Assembly: GCA_010909165.1 (NCBI GenBank)
Contig: VJWM01000235.1
Coordinates: 62,001 to 126,000 of the forward strand
DNA from: Anthoceros angustus
Taxonomy: Eukaryota; Plantae; Anthocerotophyta
Length of the DNA stretch: 64,000 bases
Direction: 5' to 3'
The translations under genes were made by a program, and so were the position numbers. This document shows positions 21,913 through 33,510 of this stretch, piece after piece; position 1 is the first letter of the stretch, and every line of letters begins with the position of its first letter. A model generated the notes under the pieces. The model ran no database searches. It had not been told where the DNA came from and saw only the letters and a program-made list of their open reading frames with translations.

Positions 21913-24900
21913 TGTGGAAGACCACATGAACGCTAACTCTGTCCTTCACTGTCGGTTTGAACGTTTTTTTTTGTTTTTCTCATGTTTTGTGTGATGGAGC
22001 GCAGAGGAATTGTCCGAGACAAGGCCCTTTATACCCAAAAGTGGTCCTTGGCCCATGGCAATAATACTTTTACAAATAATTAGTCCTTGGACCTCGAATC
22101 TGTTTAGGACAGGCCGGAGGGTCCTCGGACCTTGGGATTTTTAGAAATAAAAAGTCCCAAGGTCCACTCATTTTTCATTTGGCAACAATGGTGCAGGGGA
22201 GTGGGGAGGTGGCTAGTTCCACAACGGTGGCCGCGAAGGGGTCGTACAGGCCAGGGGGAGTTAACAACCCATAGTGGCAGAGCCAGGGCTGATAGTAAGC
22301 TGAGCAAGTCGGAGCGCAACTGGGAGAACACCGCGCCTAGGCATCGGAGGTCTGCGAGATTTCAAGGGGGCGAGCGAGCTGGGGTCGGCGACTCGGCGGA
22401 CACCCGAGAGGGCGCGCGCATGCGTGGCGGGGTGAGGGTTTTACGGCGCAAGCGAGCAATCGTGGTAGGAGCACCGGTGGAGCGAGGTGGAGGCCAGAGC
22501 GTGGAGGGAGGAACGCACTGTGTGGCTGTCCAGTGATGACGAGCAAGGCAACAGGCATGGGAGCAGTAGGCGAGCGGCACCTCCTGGAAGGAGTGAAGGG
22601 ACCTCGGATAGCGGAAGTGAGGTGGAGGTTTTAAGGGAGAATCTTTCAGATCAGAGGCGTGGTAGAAGAGTGAGGGGAACACCCATGGGCCGCAGGGCTA
22701 GGCAGCAACAGCGGAGGCGAGCGCGCTGATTTTAGAGGAGGGCGGCATCATAGGTCAGGGGTTTTCGCTCGGATTAGGGGATAAGGCGTTAGGAAGCCTG
22801 CGGAGCTGTAGTTACCGGAATTGGTAGGTGCACTCGTGGTAGGTTAGCCATTTTTTTAGACACTTGGGAAAAGTGAGTTGTTTGTTCCGCAGCTGGATGT
22901 ACAAGAGACCTTTTCGCGTCTCTCTTGTTAGACAATTTCAGGTGTGAGCTCCCGTGTACTGAATCTACGCGCGAGGCTGATTGGAGACGTCTGATTAATA
23001 ACGGACCGATTCGGTGTGCTGCCTTCTCGTCACAAGAGGGCCGGGAAGATCCCTGGGTGGTCGAGAACCAAGCTCCGCCTCTGGGGCGATTAACGGTGAG
23101 GGGCGCTCTGCGCGTGCCGGAAGGGGAAGATCTCCGCAGGAGGCCGGGGTGAGATCGCGGCTGTGCAAATCGCCTGGGCGCTAACAAGCTGTTTTCTTTC
23201 CTCCTTTCCAAAACCGCTGTCTAACCAGATTGTGTCTAATTTCAAGGTGAGGTCTGTGTGGCCTGAGGGGAGGGGTCTGTGTGGCCCCAGGAGCGGGTCT
23301 GTGTGGCCTGAGGAGAGGGTCTCGGTGACCTGAGAGAGAGGGATTGGTGAGAACATCTTGCGTGTGCTAGGGTCTGAGGGTCTTGGAAGAAAGAGGGAGA
23401 GTGAGTCGTTGTGTAAAGAGGAGTCTAGGAACGCCTTCTTGGGCCCCATGCTCGTGCGCTGGTTGGTATGCTGCTGTGAGGTGGTGGTCGAGAATGCTCC
23501 CGCTAAGTTCCGCCACGATGCGTGCTCAGTGCGGAGGCGATGACCGCTCCTGGGTGCGCTTGGGCGTCGGAAGAGAGAGCGCCAGAGAGCAGGATGCCTG
23601 AGCGCAAGTGATCGCGAGGCGTCGGCCGAGTGAATGGCCTTCTCTCAGCGTCGGAATGTCGGAAGTAACTGAAGCGCAGGAGGGCGTCCTTTCGCTGGTC
23701 TGGGAGCCCTGGCGTTTAGTGGAGAAAAGCATCGTCACCAAGCGCTACCCAGATTTCGGACCCTGGCTGGTGGAGGCAAAGGAGCTGGTGCAGGAATGAC
23801 ACCTGGACATCTTCCAGGCGGTGTAGACCTTCGACAACATGACGTTGGTCCAGGAGTACGCCCGGAAGATGCTGGTGGCAGCCAACAAAACCATCCGCTC
23901 CAAGGGCCTGAGAGAAGACCCGAGGAGATGGACCGTGGAGGTCCTGAGGGCGGTCTACAACCGTCCAGCGGAGGAGATCAGGGGCTTAGTTCCGGAGCTC
24001 CGTAGGGTGAAAGGGAAGGTGGAGGCGGCAAAGGCAACGCTCTTGAGGCCGGGGACGCAGCGGTCCTCAAACGGGTGGCTAATGTCGGACCTGTTGGACA
24101 AACGGGTGAGGGCGGCGGCAAAGATCATCGTTCACTGGAACATGCTCACCAAGGTGGACCACCTTGGTGACAATTTGCTGGTGTTCCTCCACGCCCTGCA
24201 AAGAGGAAAGAGAGAGGACTGGGGGAGGATCATCTTCGCCCGGGTTAACTAGGAGGCCAGGAAGTTGCGAAACGAGCGTCGGCCCCCATCGGCGCTGTCC
24301 CCGTTTATCGTCCACGTATGGGGCACCTTAACCTCCTGAAGGAAGGAGAGGAGGCGGCGCTTGGAAGGGTTGGCGACCACCCGCACAGGCCAGGAATTCG
24401 CCACCAAGCCAGGGTCGGAAGGCAGGATTGGGAGGGGAATCCAGACTCCATTTGACTGGAACGGACCCCCTCGCCGCCCCGGGAAGTATGGGAATAAATT
24501 CCCGCTTCCCTCCTTTTGGTCCCTCCATCGGAACACCCCTCACCGGAGGCTACCACGACGGGGAAGGAGTTAGTCGCCCGCCAGATTAGCAACTGCCTGA
24601 CTCGAGCCTCGCTGACTGTGAGGGAGGCAAAGAAGAGGAAAACGGCCCCCACCACCACCGCCCCAAGGTTCGCTCCGGTGCCTTTGCCCTTGCCAACGGA
24701 GTGGCCGGAGGCTGAAGAAGCCGTGAGAAGGGCAGAGCGGGATGCAGCCTAGGGCGCCGGGGGACACTGGCAGCAACCCCACCCCGAGCCCGTCTTGTCG
24801 CTGACAAGGAGGGGGACTCAGGCCAGCTCCTGGTCTCCTTCACCGCCTCCGGACCCCAAGCGTCGGCAAGCAGAGAAGGAGATAGCGGCAAAGACAGCCA

Positions 24901-25463
24901 AGGAGGTGGAAGCTCCAGCCCAGACCGGTCAGGACCTAAGGGAGCGCGGCATATGAGCAGGTTTGGGGAGTAAATGGTGGGGTCAGAGAGAATCAGTGAC
25001 GGAGTGAGGCGCCGCAGCGTGCGTGGCCATGGTATGCATCCACCAGTGAGTTCTGGGTGTGAATACACCTGAGTGTGACTTAGAGTATGTGCGAATTTGT
25101 GTGTGTGAGACCATAACCCTTAAGGGCCGTGCCAGAGGAACCGGGCGTCAAATAGTCGATCGCGACGCGCGCGCGCCGGATGGGTGGGTCCCACCACAGT
25201 GGTTGAATGAGCCACTGCGGTGGCCGAGCCTACCACGGCGGTGGCCGAGCCTACCACGGCGGTGGCCGAACTTACCACGGTGGTGGGTTCGGACACGGTA
25301 GTTGATTATGGCTGGGTAGGAACTGACTGTAGGAGGACTAGAATCCATAGTTTTGGAACATCTTGACACAAAACCATTCCTTGGGATCAAATCCTAGGAC
25401 TATAACGACATAGAGGATAAATGTGGCCTCCTTTTGTCTTTAGACGCAAAATCCCATTCCACA
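21913..25463. mobile_element. Long LTR-family element copy 1 (TGTGGAA...TTCCACA) carrying ~1.5 kb of ORF cargo
   Basis: Inverted termini and TSD TATGC at 21908-21912 and 25464-25468. Both arms are collinear with 29461-31603. Confidence 0.88.
23600..24900 (+). pseudogene. Retrotransposon accessory-ORF remnant (Ty3/gypsy type)
   Basis: NGWLMSDLLDK...KVDHLGDNLLVFLHALQRGKREDWGRIIF. Related sequence at ~60500-61260 (+) and ~63760-63965 (-). Confidence 0.55.
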
Positions 25464-25865
25464 TATGCATAGGTAAGGAGGGTGGGGCGGCCGGAGTCGG
25501 GCGGAAGGTGCAGGGGGCCCCGGTTGCCTAGGGCTCAGGCGGGGGCCAGTGGCCGAGCCTACCACGGCGGTGGCCGAGCCTACCACGGCGGTGGCCGAGG
25601 TGGCTGCGTGTGTTCTTGAGGTGGCGGTGAGAGGCATAAGAACGGGCTCGGGAGGCGGCGGGGAGTGGCGGAGGCGGGGAGTGGCGGAGGCGGAGGCCAC
25701 CGTGTGGCCGCAAGGGGTTTCATTGTCTGTCTGCGGTCGCGTCCTTTATTTTGCGTGATTTTGTTGCCTCTGTGATTTTGTGCGTATGCTTTGTGTTTTC
25801 CCGGACGCTGCGTCTTTTGCGGTGGGAATTTATTTTTCCTGGATTTTGTTGGGTTTCTTTTCGAC

Positions 25866-28800
25866 TGTGGACGGCGGACTCCCCCCCCTTAGGAAGGTAA
25901 TAAACTGTTTTTTTTTGTTTTTCGATAGTGTGGAGTGGGAAATAAGGCGGTAAAGGGGAAATAAGGTTGGGAACAGGTGAAAGGTGGATGGACGACTGAG
26001 AGGCATAAGAACGGGCTCCAGACTGAACTTCGGAGTGATGGGTCCGGACTGAACTCCGGAGTAGGCCGTAATAAAAGTAACTTCGAGAAAGGGATGGAGC
26101 GCAACTGGCAAGGGGACCACGTGGACGGTGCTGAGAGGAGAACGGGCATGCAACGGACTAGGACCGCAGGGCTGTCAGCGGCCGTTATGGACAGGTAACC
26201 ACGACCCAGGTACATGCACCAGGAGGCGGCGCCGTAAGGCTAAAGTACACGATGCAAGACTCTGGCAGTTGATTGGGTCCAGAGCTCCTAATCCGGACTC
26301 ACTCCAGACCGTCGTGTGGTGGTCCTTAATGGACCGGGAGATGGCCGCACCCTCAGCGGACTTCTCGGGTGTCTCCCCAGCGGTGGCCGTGGAGGAGACA
26401 CGGCGGGTTCTAGTAGCCGTCATGGACGGTATGCTCTGGAGTCTTTGCGGGACAGCAGAGAAGATCCACGAGGTGGAGGCCACCCGAAGGCAGATGGTGG
26501 AGCTCCAAGGGCAGGCGGAGGCAGCACAAGCGGCCAAAATGAAAGCAGAGTCCCTCGCTAGGGTCGAGGAGGAGAAGCGCCGGACGGCCGAGTCGGAGGC
26601 CAAGTCTGCCAAGCATGACAGGGCTAGGGTGCTCCAGCTATGTGAACAGCTGAAGCACGCCCAAGAGGCGCAAGCGAGGGGGGAGGACCTTTGCCGAAGG
26701 AGAGGAGTGGCCTAGGAAGAGGCGGAGGAAGCACGCAGGTAGGTGGAGAAGGCCAAAGGCTTGGCCGAAACAGCCCGACAGGAGCAGAACCAGGCCTGGG
26801 AGGCTCAGCTGAAGGGGGCTCGGGAGGCGGAGGCCTCTGCCAAGACGACAGAGACCACTACCGGCGGGACAGAAACCGGTGGAGAGAGGCGGCAGGAGTG
26901 GCCACGGCCAACCTGAAGGCGGAGCAGGCAGCCGCGGAGCAAGCACGGGTGATCCGTGAGGGGGAGATGGAGGCCAACACTATGGAGCTAGGGGACCTCC
27001 GTGTACAGCTACATGACACGGAAGAACGGTGCCAGGAGTTGGAGGGCCGGAAGGAGACTCTGGAGCTACAGCTTCAAGTGACAGAAGAGCGGAACGAACT
27101 TCTCCAAGGGAGGATCGAGGATCACGGCGGGGAGATAGAGCTCGGCTACATTTGGAGGAGTGGAGGAGAGTTGCCCGGGAGGCAGGCGAGGATATCGCCG
27201 AGTTGGAGAGGGATTTGGAGGAAGCCAAGTGCCGGGCGGAGTTGTCGGAACGCCTGGAACGAGACATGGTGACCCTCAAGGCAAAGATGGACGGGGGAGA
27301 GAGGGCTCTGAGGGAAGAGCAGAACCTGCTGGTCCGCTTGCGGAAAGCAGAAGGAGAATGCCGGTCTATGGCCTGCAAATTAGCTGAGCTGCAGAAGCAG
27401 CGAGAGGAGGATCGAGCTAGAGAGCAGCAAAGGCTCCAGGAAGTGGCGGAGGCGGCCTGAGTGGCCTCAAGGGACTCGGACAGATTGCGTCTGGGTGATC
27501 TTGCGACGGAGACAGCACAGCAGGCAACCCAACACGCCCAGTTGCCAAAGAGTCTCTGGAGGCGTGAATATCGGGTGCTCCGTGCCCATGTGGAGGAGGC
27601 CATCCAGCAGGTCGACTCCGACTTCGCATATTATCATACGGAGCTCCTAAAGGCGGTGGAGGTAGTGCACCACACAGGGCAAATCAAAGGGCCGTCGGAG
27701 GAGTCAAAAGGAGCGTGGAGGGACGAGGGCCTGGGGGATAGCACCGCCACAGGAACCCTGGGGGCACTGTTTGGAGACGAGAGCAGCAGCGGAGAAGGGG
27801 AGCAACCGGACGAGGGGGATACGGCGGACACCACAAGACAAGAGGTAAGTCTGTCGTACCCAACAACAGAAGAAGGAGAGGGGGTCCCCGAGCAGGTCAG
27901 GGAAGGAGAAGTCCAGGGGGTAAAGGATCCAGGACAGGAAGGGGGTCCGGTGGGTGAAGACGGACCCTTGGAGAATGCTTTCCCGGGGCGGATGCCGAGG
28001 CCGGACTCGAGGCGGAGGCAGGCGGACCCGGTCCGGACTCGGGAGCGAGGCCGGACTCGGGGCCGGACCCGTCCGGACTCGAGCGAGGCCGACTCAAGGT
28101 CCGGACTCGGAGCGAGGCGGACCAAGGTCCGGACTCGGCGAGGCCGGACCCGGTCCGGACTCGGAGGCGAGGCCGGACCGGTCCGGACCGGAGCGAGGCC
28201 GGACTCGGGGCCGGACCCGGTCCGGACTCGAGGCGGACCCGAGGATCGCGGATCATCCGATTGGGCGTGCCGCAATTACCAGAGCTGGGGGTTGGGCCGC
28301 CAGCGCCAAGAAGGAATCCTGGTCAACCACAACCCCACCGCCGTAGACGTAGGTAGGAAAGATAGGGGAGATAGAAGGTTGCGTGCTAGGGCACAGTGAG
28401 CTGGACATCAGCTTAGAATAGGGGTGTAATAAAGGCGCTCCCTCATAACGTAGTATAAGAGGGCGGTGGCCACTCTAGTAAAGCGATCTTCTTTTGGGGT
28501 TGATACCGCGTTCTCTTGCAGGCCTTGTGTGTCCCTTGCTGTCTGAGTCTCGAGTCAGGCGGGCAAGACTACTCGGACAGGGATCCAGGGTCACAGTGAT
28601 GGACCCTAGCAGCGTGGTGGTGTGTGTGTATGCAGTGCGAGCGACCACGGACCCTACTCCTCAAAACGATGAGTCAGGCGTCGGCGGACCGGGAGGCGAG
28701 GCCGGACCGGTCCGGACTCGGGGCGTCTGCAGGCGGACGGAGGCGTCTGGTTGAGCAGCTGCGGAGGTTCGTAGCCTACGCAGGCCCACCCGTGATTCTC

Positions 28801-29132
28801 AACTAGTAATGTGTGTACTGAGTGCAGTAGGAGAGACGGCGCAGGCCCACCCGTGATTCTCAACTAGTAATGTGTGTACTGAGTGCAGTAGGAGAGACGG
28901 AGTAGAGGGGAACGTAAGACAGACTAGTAGGAAACAGACGCAAACGAGTCCTTAAACGTTTGGCCAAGCCGGGCCTATCCGGTGGACGCGTAGGAGTAAC
29001 TAGGAAGTGGAAACGATCGCGTTGGGGTCTCAAATAGACACCCTCCCCAACGACGGGGCGAGAATCAAGCCACGAACGTGCAAAAACGGAACAAATCATT
29101 CCCTTGGGAACGGACCCCTTACTGCAACGACA
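25866..29132 (+). mobile_element. Related TG...CA-bounded retroelement segment with a disrupted coiled-coil ORF
   Basis: Start TGTGGACGGCGGACT resembles 59476. End CATTCCCTTGGGAA...AACGACA resembles a segment of the LTR family. E/A/R-rich coiled-coil frames at ~26330-27900 with stops. No TSD found. Confidence 0.55.
27995..28245. repeat. GC-rich tandem repeats of GGACC(C)GGTCCGGACTCG
   Basis: Many copies visible; another at ~28700. Confidence 0.85.
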
Positions 29133-29460
29133 CGGGATTGGAGCGCTTTCGGCTGGCCGTCAGTGAAAGTTGGGTCACACCAGCAGTTGGGGGATTTCCT
29201 GCCCCCAGCTTATGGTAGTGAGTTGCAGGTGCGGGCGCTAGTTTGGTGGGTTGGCAATGGTTCTGTGGGTTGCAATCCCTCTAGGCAGGGCTCTTTGGCC
29301 AGTCTTTTGGGTTTGCCATACGGAGCTCAAACTCCGTATGTCCGGTAAAGGCTGGGGTCGTTTTATCCACGGTCCCCGATACCTCCTCGGCCCTCACACC
29401 CTCCGGCTGCTGTTTGCAGGCTCTTTTTGTACCCTACCCAATGGGGCGGGCCATACCTTC

Positions 29461-31603
29461 TGTGGAAGACCACATGTACACTAACCCTCCCCTGGACTGT
29501 TGGTTTGAATGTTCTTTTTTGTTTTTCTTATGTTTTGTGTGATGGAGTGCTTAGGAAATGTCCGAGGCAAGGCCTTTTATAGTAAAAGAGGTCCTTGGCC
29601 CATGATAATATTACTTTTTAGTCCTTGGACCTCGAACCTGTGAATGTCAGGCCAGGCTAGAAGGTCCCTGGACCTTGGGATTTTTAGGAATAAAAATTGT
29701 CTATATAAGGTGGGGGATCCTTCATTCGTATGATGGCGCGGGGAAGTGGGAGGTGGCTAGTTCCACAAGCGATGGCGAATATGGAGCGTCTGAATCTGAG
29801 GCCGGGGGAGATAACAACCTAGTTGCGGGCCGGGGTTGGCAATGGTTACGTGGGTTGCAATCCCTCTAAGCGAGTTGGGCGCAATTGGAAGACCGCACCT
29901 TGGTACTGTGACTCTGCGAGATTTCAAGGGGCCAGGCGAGCTGAAGTTCGGCAACCGGGTGGGACTGCAGTGAAGTTAAGTGAAGGAGGCGCATGCGACG
30001 ATTGAGGAGCTCCAGAATGAAATTTCACGAGCCCAGGAACAAGTGAGAGACGCTGGCACCTCTGGAGAAGTTCAAGAAGCTAGCGGAGAGGTATAAGCGG
30101 AAGAGAGATTAGGCTAGAGCATGGATGGAGGAACGCATTGTTTGGCTGTCCAGTGATGAAGGGCGACGCAACATGCGCGGGGCAGTAAACGGGCGGCACC
30201 TCCTTGCAGGAGTGAGAGGACCTCGGATAGCGGAAGTGATGTGGAGGTATTAAGGGAGAATCTTTCGGATCAGAGGCGTGGTAGGAGAGCGAGGGGAGCA
30301 CCCATGGGCCGCAGGGCTAGGCAGCAACAACTGAGACGGGCGCGCTAATTTTAGAAGGGGGCGGCATCATAGGTCAGGGGCTTTCACTTGGATTAGAGGA
30401 TAAGGTGCTAGGAAGCTTGTGAACCTGTAGATACCCGAATTGGTAGGCGCTCGTGGTAGGTCACCATCTTTGAACCTTTGGAGGTAGGTTAGCCATCTTT
30501 AGACCTTGGGAAAGTGAGCTATGATACCGCGGATGTACAAGAGACCCCTTCGCGTCTCTCTCATTAGACAATTTTCAGGTGTGAGCTCCCGTGTGTCGAA
30601 TTTGTGCACGTGGTTGGTTGGAGGCATCCGATCGATGACGGGCTGATTCGATGTGCTGTCCTCTCGTCACAAGAGGGCCAGGGAGATCCCTGGATGGTCG
30701 AGAGCTGAGTGACCAAGCTCCGCGTCTGGGGTGGCTAGTGGTGAAGGGTGCTCAACGCATGCCAGGAGAGGGAAATTCCCGTAGGGTACCGGGGTAAGAT
30801 CGCGGGTGTGCGAATCGCCTGTGGAACCGACCAACTGTTTTTCTCTTTCCCCAACCTGCTGTCTAACCAGATTGTGTCTAATCCCAAGGAGGGGTCTGTG
30901 TGGCCCAAGTGAGGCCTGTGTGGCCCAAGGAGGGGTCTGTGGCCCAAGTGAGGCCTGTGTGGCCCAAGGAGGGGTCTGTGTAGCCCAAGTGAGTCTGTGT
31001 GGCCCGTGGTGAGGTTTGTGTGGCCTGAGAAAGAGGAAGAGAGGGGGTATCCATGTGTGGTGGAAGGTTCTTGGAAGAAGGGGGTGAGCGTGCCGCTGTA
31101 GGGGAAGGGGGAAATGCGTGTGCGTTTTGAGAAAACGCGGAATGATAGAAAGGGCGAAGCGAGAGGTGAGGTCAGTGAGGGTCGGCGCCGGAGCGAGACA
31201 TCGCAGTATTCGGGGTCGTGGTGCCTAATTCCCGGAAAGTTCTAAGCACGGACTTCCCTGTGAGAGAATTAGAATAGGTGTGAGTCTAGGTGTGTGTGTG
31301 TGTAAGGCCATAACTCTCAGAGACCCCGTCAGTGAGCCGGTGACAACCAGAGCCCGCATGACACAAGACGCTGCCGCCCGTGGTGGGAGCTCGCTACAGT
31401 GGTTGAATCAACCACTGCGGTGGCTGAGTCCTCCACGGTGGCTGGTTCTGGTAGGGTAAGGATTGGTTGCGGTAGGGCTAGGACCCATAGTTTAGAACAT
31501 CTTGATACAAAACCATTCCCTTGGGATCGAATCCTAGGACTATAACGACATAGAGGGTAATGTGGCCTCTTTGGGCCTTTGGGACGCAAAAACCTCATTC
31601 CAC
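29461..31603. mobile_element. Solo LTR (2143 bp), LTR-family copy 2
   Basis: TGTGGAA...TTCCACA termini and TSD CCTTC at 29456-29460 and 31604-31608. Confidence 0.92.
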
Positions 31604-31608
31604 ACCTT

Positions 31609-33510
31609 CTGTGACTGTCAAGGTCCTTGACAGTGCTCAACTCCGCTGCGGTGTCAAGAGGGCGGCTAGACTACTTGGGCTACCCAAGTGCACCTTACAA
31701 CCTCCTCCAATTCCGCAATGCAGGCCCCGGTGTCCACTATCGTCTTTCTTCCTTTCTTCCACTTTTCGGTGCCTCTTTCTTCCTTGAAATGGCTGCGGGG
31801 TCAGCTGGATCACATCCTAGGGATGTTTGAAACCCGCTTTCCATGCCCGCACATCTTCCGCAAGCTTCCCCGACAGCTTCATGATGATGCCCGTTTGGCA
31901 TTCCGTCTTCTCTTGGATCGCCTTGCGCTTGATCCCCAGGACGAGTTAGCTTGGTGCCTTTTCTTGCTTCTTTCCCGGTGGTGTCTTCGGTTTACTAATG
32001 GTGGGGCTTCCAGGCATCGAAAAGTTGCCAATCGTCTTCGGCGCTTTCGAGCTGGTGACTAGGCATCCCTTTAAGAGGAGGCTCAGCGTGCTGCCAAGGA
32101 TCGGGTGGAATCCGCACAACAGTTGGAACAGGTCCCGGGTAATGCAACAAACCTACGTCGTTGCAAGTTGCTTGGCCTTGCGGGTGAATATGCCGGCGCT
32201 GCCAGGGGCTCTTCGACCCCTTTCCCTGGCCCTCGCTTCTAAAGAGACCATTGCCGCCCTCAGTGCCCTCCATCCAGCACCCAAGAATGCTATCCCCACA
32301 AACATATCCGACTATGTCCCGGAGGATTCGTTTTCCTTGGATCGAGCAGCTTTTGCTTTGGCACTCTCTACGACCCCACGTCTTTTATCTGCCGGGTTGT
32401 TAGGAATGGTGTTCGAACACCTTAGGGACCTTTTTCTCCCCGAAGATTCATCTAGTGGCTTCCCATAGCTTTTTTCTCTGGCCGCCGCGGTGCCTCGGGG
32501 AGAGACGCCTTACAGAATTTCCCTTGTTCTTGTAGCTAGCAGGCTTGTCGCTATGGACAAGCGCCTGCCCCAGGCTCGGGCGTGCGTCCACTCGCGGTTG
32601 GGGAAGCCTTCATGCGGGTTCTCAACCGCATTATTGCCCTTCAGTGCCGCTCCCTTCTCTAGCAGCACCTCAACCCCTTTCAATTTGGCATTACTACTCT
32701 AGGGGGTTGCGAGTCTGTGGTGCTTGGAGTGACGGCATCGCGGAGTGGGTGGTCTTACAAGTGGATATCGAGAACGCCTTCAATACCATTTCCAGAGCAT
32801 CATCTTTGAAGAGCTTAGGGATGCTGGTGGCGTCCTAGGGAGCCTTCTACCTTTTGCCCAGTGCTTCTACGGGAGGTCTTGCAACCTCTACTACCAGCAC
32901 AAGAACGTCTCTTCAGGATTTGCCGTCTTTGTCTTGGAATCGGCTACAGGTATCAGGCAAGGCGACCCCCTGGGTGGTGCTCTCTTCGTCATTGCTCACT
33001 ATAGGGCCCTATCCAGGTCTGCCTTCTCAGCTCGCGACTGTATCATCCCTTCGCTGGCAGATGATTCTCAAATCCTCGGGCCCAACTTCTCAAGAAAGCC
33101 ACCGAGAAAGAGACCTCCAGCGAGAGTAGACCTGTGCCTCCAAATTGCATAGGCAGGGACGCTTGCCAACGGGCCAGATCGCCCACAGGGTAAGGTAACC
33201 AGGATGCCTAGCAAAACAAGAGGAAAGAATTTCAAAGGCCACATGTGCATCCTCTAGCAAAGGGAGGTCCTCGACATGGGAGAGGTCCTCTACGAGAGCC
33301 TGGTCCAAGAAACTCTCGATAAAGTTAGGGGAACCGAAGAAGGACCTCTAGAATCCGCAGTCCCAAAGCCAGAGCAATCTCCCCAACAGGAAACCGCAAA
33401 GTAGGCAAGATCCCCGACGAAGACTAGACGCGGCACTTGGACAAATTCACCTTCAAGTCCACGAAAGAAAGCTCATGAGAGGAGACTTCAAAGGCCTCCA
33501 TGACCTTGTC
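31609..33510 (+). mobile_element. Degenerate non-LTR retrotransposon reverse transcriptase (CRE-like), distal ~430 bp inverted
   Basis: RPLAVGE-type motif (~32586), LNPFQFG, VLQVDIENAFNTISR, TGIRQGDPLGGALF, SLADD. The continuation DKVMEAFEV...LKVNLSKC...FGSPNF lies on the minus strand at 33510-33084. Confidence 0.8.

Noticed and set aside
27461-28399. 312-aa ORF as a host gene
   Set aside because: Its length comes from GC-rich tandem repeats inside a retroelement fragment.
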